Assembly (NCBI GenBank): GCA_049317725.1
Contig: JBMOHS010000001.1
Location: 352 to 64,351 of the forward strand
Length of the DNA stretch: 64,000 nt
Direction of reading: 5' to 3'
From: Blastocatellia bacterium
GTDB taxonomy: Bacteria; Acidobacteriota; Blastocatellia; RBC074
The notes under the pieces were generated by a model. That model searched no databases, was not told the DNA's origin, and was given only the letters and a program-made list of their open reading frames with translations. The translations under genes and the position numbers were made by a program. Within the stretch, counting starts at the first letter, position 1. Every line of letters begins with the position of its first letter. Shown here in pieces: positions 57,822 to 64,000 of this stretch.

Positions 57822-59092
57822 CGGGACTCCTCCCCGGGTTGCCCCGCGCGGGGCGTCTCGATGGAACGCATCCCGGCAATCTCATCGAGGATGCGATCGG
57901 CCATGGCGCGCTTCGATTGGAGCGGAAGGTCCCGCCGCTGGCCATCCTGCCGCAGGAGGGTCGCAACATTGGTCTCCCCATCGAAGCCGGCCCCAGGGAT
58001 CGTCACATCGTTGGCGATGATCAGGTCGAGCCCCTTGGCCCGCAACTTGGACTCGGCATAGGCGAGGAGGTTCTCCGACTCGGCGGCAAAGCCGGCGACG
58101 AGGCGTCCGGCGCGTCCCGGCGCCCCGGCGACCGCGGCGAGGATATCCTCCGTCGGCTCCAATTCGAGGGTGAGGCGACCGTCTCCCTGCTTCTTGATCT
58201 TGGTCTGCGCCTGGGCCGCCAGTCGAAAATCGGCAACCGCCGCAGCACCGAGATAGATCGTTGTCGCCTCGAGGGCCCCCATCACCGCGCGGTACATCTC
58301 CCGTGTCGAGCGGGACTCGATGACATCCATCCCAAGCGGGCGTGGCAACTGGACGGGTCCGGTGACGAGCGTCACCCGTGCTCCCCGATCCCGGGCCGCT
58401 TCGGCCAACGCATAGCCCATCCGTCCCGAAGATCGATTGGTCAGAAACCGGACCGGGTCGAGATCCTCGACCGTCGGGCCCGCCGTCACCAGCACGTGGG
58501 CACCAGCGAAGTCCTGAGCGCGCCCCATCTTGCCCGCGGCCAGCAAGGCCAGCGACCGGGAGACAATCTCAGACGGCTCGGCAAGGCGTCCGACCCCCAC
58601 TTCGCCGCAAGCCTGATACCCCGATCCCGGCTCGACAATCGAGACCCCGCGCCCACGCAACCGCGCGAGGTTCTCCTGGGTCGCCGGGTGGTGCCACATC
58701 TCGACGTTCATTGCTGGTGCCACCAGGACCGGATTGGTGTTCGAGAGGTAGAGAGTCGAGAGAAAGTCGTCGGCCAACCCGTAGGCAAACTTCGCGAGGA
58801 CGTTGGCCGTCGCCGGGGCGACGAGAAGAAGCTGGGCCTCCCGCGCCAAGGCGATGTGCTCGATCACCGCATAGTCGGGGCGCTCGTACATCCCGACGAT
58901 GACCGGACGCCCCGAGAGCGCCTCAAAGGTCAACGGGCGCACGAACTCGGTCGCGTGTCGGGTCATGACCACCTGAACGGTCGCGCCCGCCTGCTGCAGC
59001 CCCCGCAGGATCTCGACCGCCTTGTAGACGCCAATGCACCCGGTCACGCCCAGCAGGACGTGGCGGGCCTCCTTGCGCAGTTCGACCGGCAT
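57818..59092 (-). CDS. coaBC: bifunctional phosphopantothenoylcysteine decarboxylase / phosphopantothenate-cysteine ligase CoaBC
   Basis: N-terminal flavoprotein domain (LLGVTGCIGVYKA, PAMNVEMW). C-terminal CoaB domain (LVTAGPTVEDLDPVRFLTNRSSGRMG). Confidence 0.9.
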   Translation of the reverse strand: MPVELRKEARHVLLGVTGCIGVYKAVEILRGLQQAGATVQVVMTRHATEFVRPLTFEALSGRPVIVGMYERPDYAVIEHIALAREAQLLLVAPATANVLAKFAYGLADDFLSTLYLSNTNPVLVAPAMNVEMWHHPATQENLARLRGRGVSIVEPGSGYQACGEVGVGRLAEPSEIVSRSLALLAAGKMGRAQDFAGAHVLVTAGPTVEDLDPVRFLTNRSSGRMGYALAEAARDRGARVTLVTGPVQLPRPLGMDVIESRSTREMYRAVMGALEATTIYLGAAAVADFRLAAQAQTKIKKQGDGRLTLELEPTEDILAAVAGAPGRAGRLVAGFAAESENLLAYAESKLRAKGLDLIIANDVTIPGAGFDGETNVATLLRQDGQRRDLPLQSKRAMADRILDEIAGMRSIETPRAGQPGEESR

Positions 59093-59101
59093 CTCCCCCC
59101 T

Positions 59102-59341
59102 CTACTCTTCCTCCGCATCGAAGATCTCGAACTCGATCTTGCCCTGCTCCACCTCTTCGAGGGCGATGCGGGTCACCTTGGCATTGGGCATGACGACTCG
59201 CGGACGGGCGCCGCGGGCGAGCTGTTTGCTCCGCTTGGCCGCGATCAGGATCTTGCGGTACTTGCTATCGATCTTTCCCGTAGTCCAGGTATGTTGCGGC
59301 GTCTCCTCGGCACTGGTCTCTTTCTTGGCTACCATTCCCAT
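59102..59341 (-). CDS. rpoZ: DNA-directed RNA polymerase subunit omega
   Basis: DSKYRKILIAAKRSKQLARGARP is the RpoZ signature. Located between gmk and coaBC, as is widely conserved. Confidence 0.8.
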   Translation of the reverse strand: MGMVAKKETSAEETPQHTWTTGKIDSKYRKILIAAKRSKQLARGARPRVVMPNAKVTRIALEEVEQGKIEFEIFDAEEE

Positions 59342-59363
59342 TCACCTCCATCATTCTCGGCTA

Positions 59364-59980
59364 TCATTCTGACTGTTGAAACGTTTGTAAAATCTCTTCG
59401 GCATTTGGCGCGCGGCATTCACGGCGCGCCCGGCCTGCGCGGATGATCGCCGCGACTTCGGCCACCGCCTCCGACAACTGGTCATTGACGACCAAGTAGT
59501 CGAAATGGCGATACTGGGCGACTTCGTCAACGGCATTGCGCAACCGCAAGCGGAGATCCGGACCCGCCGCTCCATCCCGTCCTCCCAGGCGATCGACGAG
59601 GATCGCGTAGGACGGCGGCAAAATAAAGATGCTCAGGGCATCGGGATAGGCTTGCCGAATCTGCCGCTCTCCCTGCACGTCGATTGTCAGGATGACATCG
59701 TAGCCCGCTCCCCGCAATTGTGCGATGGCCCGACGCCCTGTCCCGTAATAATTGCCATGGACCAAGGCCCATTCGAGGAGGTCGCCCTCCTCGATCAACG
59801 CGGCAAATCGCTCCCGGGTGACGAAATGGTAGTGCTGCCCATCGAGCTCCCCCGGTCTGGCCGAACGGGAGGTGTAGGAGATCGACGGGCGCACCCGCTC
59901 ATCCCGCCGCAGCACCTCTGCGACCAGGGTCGTCTTCCCTGCCCCTGATGGTGCCGACACAATGATGAGGTTTCCGCTCA
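59364..59980 (-). CDS. gmk: guanylate kinase
   Basis: Start MSGNLIIVSAPSGAGKTTLV (P-loop) identified on the reverse strand at 59978-59980. YxxSRSARPGELDGQHYHFV motif. Confidence 0.9.
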
Positions 59981-60003
59981 TATCCAGCCTGGCTCCCGCG
60001 GCC

Positions 60004-60882
60004 TCACTCGACGTTGAGGGCCTGCTCCCGCAGCTTCTCGACCTCGGTCTTGATGGCAATCGCGGCGTCACAGATCGCCAACTCCGCCGATTTGGAGAGC
60101 ACGGTGTTGGCCTCCCGATTGGTCTCCTGGAGGAGAAAATCGAGCTTCTTCCCGATCTCGGTCCCAGTCTCGTTCAAGAGCAGATCGCGCAACTGCGTGA
60201 GGTGGCTCCGCAACCGCGCCATCTCCTCGGTGATGTCGCTCCGCTCGGCCAGGTAGGCGACCTCCTGGGTCAGGCGCGTCTCGTCCAGCACCGTCCGGTC
60301 GAGCAGCTCTCCGACCCGCTTGCGAAGCTTTTCGCGATAGGCGTCGACGACCCCTGCTTCATTGGCTTCGATGACGGCAAGGTGGGTCTCGATTCGCGAA
60401 ACCCGGAGAAGCAGTTCACGCTGCAACTCCTCTCCCTCGACCTCCCGCATCGCCACGAGACGGTTCAACGCCACGGAGAGCGCCTCTTCGATGCCCAAGA
60501 CGACCTCCTCGGCCAGCCCTTGGGCCGCCTTCGGCTGCAGGACATTGGGCAGTCGGGCAACGGTCGACAGGTCGGGCTCGCCGACCAGTCCAAACTCGTC
60601 CCGCATCGTTCGCAAGGCATCGAGGTAGCCCCGAATCAGCGCCCGATTGAGTTCGTACTCGACCGTTCCTGTCTGGGAGAAGCTGATGTTGATATCGACC
60701 CGCCCCCGCGAGAGGCGTGCCTGGATCCGCTTCTTGAGGACGATCTCCAGCGAGGCCAGCTCCGCTGGGGCGCGCCAATGAATATCGAGGTTGCGGTTAT
60801 TGACGGAGCGCAGGTCGACCGTCACGCTGAAGGTCTGCCCATTGACGGCGCCCTGCCCAAATCCTGTCATGCTCCTGATCAT
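60004..60882 (-). CDS. yicC: YicC-family stress-induced protein (UPF0701)
   Basis: MIRSMTGFGQG N-terminus and C-terminal ...DITEEMARLRSHL... Canonical yicC-gmk-rpoZ neighbourhood. Confidence 0.85.
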   Translation of the reverse strand: MIRSMTGFGQGAVNGQTFSVTVDLRSVNNRNLDIHWRAPAELASLEIVLKKRIQARLSRGRVDINISFSQTGTVEYELNRALIRGYLDALRTMRDEFGLVGEPDLSTVARLPNVLQPKAAQGLAEEVVLGIEEALSVALNRLVAMREVEGEELQRELLLRVSRIETHLAVIEANEAGVVDAYREKLRKRVGELLDRTVLDETRLTQEVAYLAERSDITEEMARLRSHLTQLRDLLLNETGTEIGKKLDFLLQETNREANTVLSKSAELAICDAAIAIKTEVEKLREQALNVE

Positions 60883-60900
60883 CGTCGATCTTCCCCTTTT

Positions 60901-62748
60901 TCAACTCGCGTGTCCGGACGAGGCGGGTGAGTGGGCTCGTTCGGATGCGGCGGGCCGATCCTCCTCGGCAAACTGCAGCTCGTAGAGCCGCCGATAGATC
61001 CCGCCACGATCGAGCAGTTCCTGATGCGTTCCCATCTCGGCGAGCCGGCCCGCTTCGAGAACAAGGATGCGATCGGCCCGCCGCACCGTCGAGAGGCGGT
61101 GCGCGATGACGATCGTCGTCCGGCCCGCCATCAGATTGTTGAGCGCCGATTGGACCAGTCGCTCACTCTCGGTGTCGAGGGCGCTCGTCGCCTCGTCCAG
61201 AATCAGGATCGGAGCGTCCTTGAGGAGGGCCCGCGCGATCGCGACTCGCTGGCGCTGCCCTCCGGAAAGGATCAGCCCGCGCTCCCCGACCACCGTCTCA
61301 TAGCCCTCCGGCAATCGCTGGATGAACTCCCCGGCAAGCGCGGCCCGGGCGGCTGCCGCAATCCGCTCCCCGCCTGGATCGCTTCCCCCGGCACCGTAGG
61401 CGATGTTGGCCCGCACCGTCTCGTTGAAGAGGCTCACCTCCTGGGTGACCATCGCGATCTGCTCCCGCAACGACGCCAGCTCAAGGTCCCGCACATCGAC
61501 ACCATCTATCCGGATCTCCCCCTCCGTCACATCATAGAGCCGCGGAATCAGATTGGTCAGGGTGCTCTTCCCCGCCCCGCTCTGCCCAACGATCGCGACC
61601 ATCTCCCCCGCCCGGACCGTGAAGGTGATCCCCTCCAGAACCTGCTGCTCGAAGCCTCCCCCGTAGGCAAAGGAGACCCCGCGAAACTCAATCTCCCGCG
61701 CGAAGGGTGCCATCGGCCGAGCCCCTGGACGGTTCTGCGTCTCGCACGCCTCGTCGAGCAGCCGGAAGATGCGAGTCGCCGAGGTCAATCCCTGCTGCAG
61801 ATCATGCTGCAACCGGCTCAGCCGACGCACTGGATCGTAGGCCTTGAACATGGCCACCAGAAAGGTCGCAAACCCACCCAAGCTCATCTGACCGAGCAGG
61901 ATGCTTCGCTGGGCGTAGAGCAACAACGAGGCCACCGCGACAATCCCGACCGTCTCCAAGACGATCGGGGACAGAAAGTAGATCCGCATTGCCCGCAACT
62001 GATCGCGCATCTGCTGCCGGGCCGACCGTCCAAAGCGTGCGCTCTCGTACTCTTCCATGCCAAAGACCTTGACGACGCGTTGCGAGGAGAGGGCCTCTTG
62101 GGCCACATCCAACATCTCCGCACCACTCTCCTGCCGCGAATGGAGGTGCCGCCGCAGCCGCTGATTGAAGGTCGTCGTCAACCAGGCCACCGGCGGACCA
62201 AGCAGCAGGATCGCCAGCGCCAACCGCCAGTTGAGCCGAAAAAGCAGTACCAAGTAGACCGTCAGGGAGACAGATTCCCGCAAAAGGTCCCGCAACGTGT
62301 CCGAGACCGCCCGCTCGACCAAGGCCGCGTCACTCACCAGATGTGCCGTCAACTCGTTGGTCGAATGGCGCGCAAAGAAGGGGGCCGCTTGGCGAATGAT
62401 GTGGTCGTAGAGCGACGAGCGCAGGTCAGCGATGACGTGCTGCCCAATGTAGCTCATCGAGTAGGAGGAGAAGTACTCCGTCGCCCCCTTGAGCAGCGTG
62501 AAAGCAACCAGCAGGTAGGCGATGACGTCCAGCCCCGCCGATCCTCCTGGCAACCACCGCGTCCAGAAGAGCGACTTCCCCACTGCCGCCTGCCCGAACT
62601 GACTGCTCGCCAGCGTGTCGAAGATCGGCTGCAGCAGCAGAATCGTCGCCCCTTCGAGCAGGCCTGTTGCAATCATCAGCAAGAGCGACCCAATAAAGAT
62701 CGTCCGGTACGGGCGCAGATAACGCAACAGTCGGGAAAGTTCTCGCAT
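60901..62748 (-). CDS. ABC transporter, fused permease/ATP-binding (MsbA-like lipid exporter family)
   Basis: Six TM helices, then NBD with Walker A GQSGAGKSTL, signature LSGGQRQRVAIARAL, Walker B ILILDEATSALD. Confidence 0.8.
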   Translation of the reverse strand: MRELSRLLRYLRPYRTIFIGSLLLMIATGLLEGATILLLQPIFDTLASSQFGQAAVGKSLFWTRWLPGGSAGLDVIAYLLVAFTLLKGATEYFSSYSMSYIGQHVIADLRSSLYDHIIRQAAPFFARHSTNELTAHLVSDAALVERAVSDTLRDLLRESVSLTVYLVLLFRLNWRLALAILLLGPPVAWLTTTFNQRLRRHLHSRQESGAEMLDVAQEALSSQRVVKVFGMEEYESARFGRSARQQMRDQLRAMRIYFLSPIVLETVGIVAVASLLLYAQRSILLGQMSLGGFATFLVAMFKAYDPVRRLSRLQHDLQQGLTSATRIFRLLDEACETQNRPGARPMAPFAREIEFRGVSFAYGGGFEQQVLEGITFTVRAGEMVAIVGQSGAGKSTLTNLIPRLYDVTEGEIRIDGVDVRDLELASLREQIAMVTQEVSLFNETVRANIAYGAGGSDPGGERIAAAARAALAGEFIQRLPEGYETVVGERGLILSGGQRQRVAIARALLKDAPILILDEATSALDTESERLVQSALNNLMAGRTTIVIAHRLSTVRRADRILVLEAGRLAEMGTHQELLDRGGIYRRLYELQFAEEDRPAASERAHSPASSGHAS

Positions 62749-62814
62749 GACGAACGATGTGGTGGCTGTGCCCCCTCCCCCTTTGACGGAAGGGTAAAAA
62801 AAGAGCCATCATAA

Positions 62815-63153
<339 letters not shown>

Positions 63154-63181
63154 TCCATCACAAATTCTCGCCTTGACTGCC

Positions 63182-63684
63182 CTACGGAGCGGCGACACGC
63201 ATCGATTCGGCGACCGCCTCATCGACCCGTGGCCCCACGTTGGTCTCCGGCTTCTTCGAGACGACGGCCAGCTCGCTGACGATCAGATACCGCGCCTTCT
63301 CCATCATCTGTCTTTCACGAAATGAGAGCGGCTTGAGCTGGTTGAGATAGGTGAGCGTCTTGAGAACCTGGGCAATGGCGAAGACATCGCCCCGGCGCAT
63401 GACATCAGAGAACTCGCGAAAGCGATCCTTCCAATCGCGGGCGCTCGGAAACGGAAATCTCGCGCAGAGCTCCGCCAAGAGATCTTGACACTGCCGCTGC
63501 AGGATCAAACGACGAATCCCGATGGCCAGGACATTCTGGACCGGCACCATCACCGTCGAGTTGTTGATCTGCAGACGAAGAAGATAGAACTCCTGCTGGG
63601 TTCCCGAAATCTGGCGGGACTCGATCTGTTCGATCGTCGCGACACCGTGGTTGGGATAGACAACCTTCTGCCCGACCTTGAATT
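63182..63684 (-). CDS. carD: CarD/CdnL-family RNA polymerase-binding transcription regulator
   Basis: GTG start with AAGGAG SD. N-terminal FKVGQKVVYPNHGVATIEQIE is the CarD_TRCF RNAP-interaction domain signature. Confidence 0.8.
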
Positions 63685-63870
63685 CCACAGGGGGCTCCTT
63701 TCCTTGCAAATCGCGGAAGCAGACCGCGGGCGGCAAGCGTAATCATTGTAATGGAGAGAGTGTACCACCCCTCCCGGCAGAGGTGAACCCCCCTTCTTCT
63801 CAACGATAGATCCTGGGAGGAAGGCATCCAGGTGGAGAAGAGGCCGGGTTCCCGGCCGCTGGACTTTGGA

Positions 63871-63895
63871 CAAAAAATGAGACCGTCGCGGTCTC
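63871..63895 (-). terminator. putative rho-independent terminator (minus strand) for a gene upstream of the window end
   Basis: Perfect 7-bp stem hairpin gagaccg-tcg-cggtctc at 63879-63895, followed on the minus strand by a 6-U run (plus-strand aaaaaa at 63872-63877). A second GC hairpin ggccggg-tt-cccggcc sits at 63842-63857. Confidence 0.4.
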
Positions 63896-64000
63896 GATCA
63901 TCGATTTTTTCAATGATTCTTGTATTACTTGGCAGCCACTCTGCGTGAGCTACCACTTCGTCTCGTCAAATACGAATCAAACCCAGGCACGAAGAACACG

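Overview
This is a high-GC (~62%) bacterial chromosomal window. Gene content points to Acidobacteriota: a Solibacter-type C-terminal domain (TIGR03437-like) on a beta-helix protein, a CarboxypepD_reg-TPR protein and BNR-repeat proteins. The first ~26 kb is mostly conserved housekeeping genes: prfA (3' end), prmC, ihf/HU, sppA, rpsA, ispH, rluB, folE and ppk1, followed by a small redox/transport cluster. From ~26.4 to 56.6 kb a single-strand, tightly overlapping, ~30 kb polysaccharide biosynthesis locus dominates. It contains Wza, a Wzc tyrosine kinase, a Wzm/Wzt ABC exporter, a Wzy_C-family membrane protein, seven GT2 and four GT4 glycosyltransferases, two AsnB-like amidotransferases, a bi-domain oxidoreductase, a heparinase II/III-like protein, a WecA-like initiating transferase with a C-terminal extension, and one secreted 567-aa protein with no recognisable domain. 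The window ends with a conserved ykgJ-udg-coaBC-rpoZ-gmk-yicC-msbA-carD block. No tRNA/rRNA genes, CRISPR arrays or mobile elements were recognised. Many long antisense ORFs in the six-frame track are high-GC artefacts. The main candidate for a novel system is the hybrid exopolysaccharide locus: Wzy-type export and an ABC transporter with a carbohydrate-binding domain, no Wzx flippase, an embedded unknown secreted protein, and the AsnB/oxidoreductase/heparinase-like modification module. Several intergenic regions carry short 3-copy tandem repeats of 8-13 bp.
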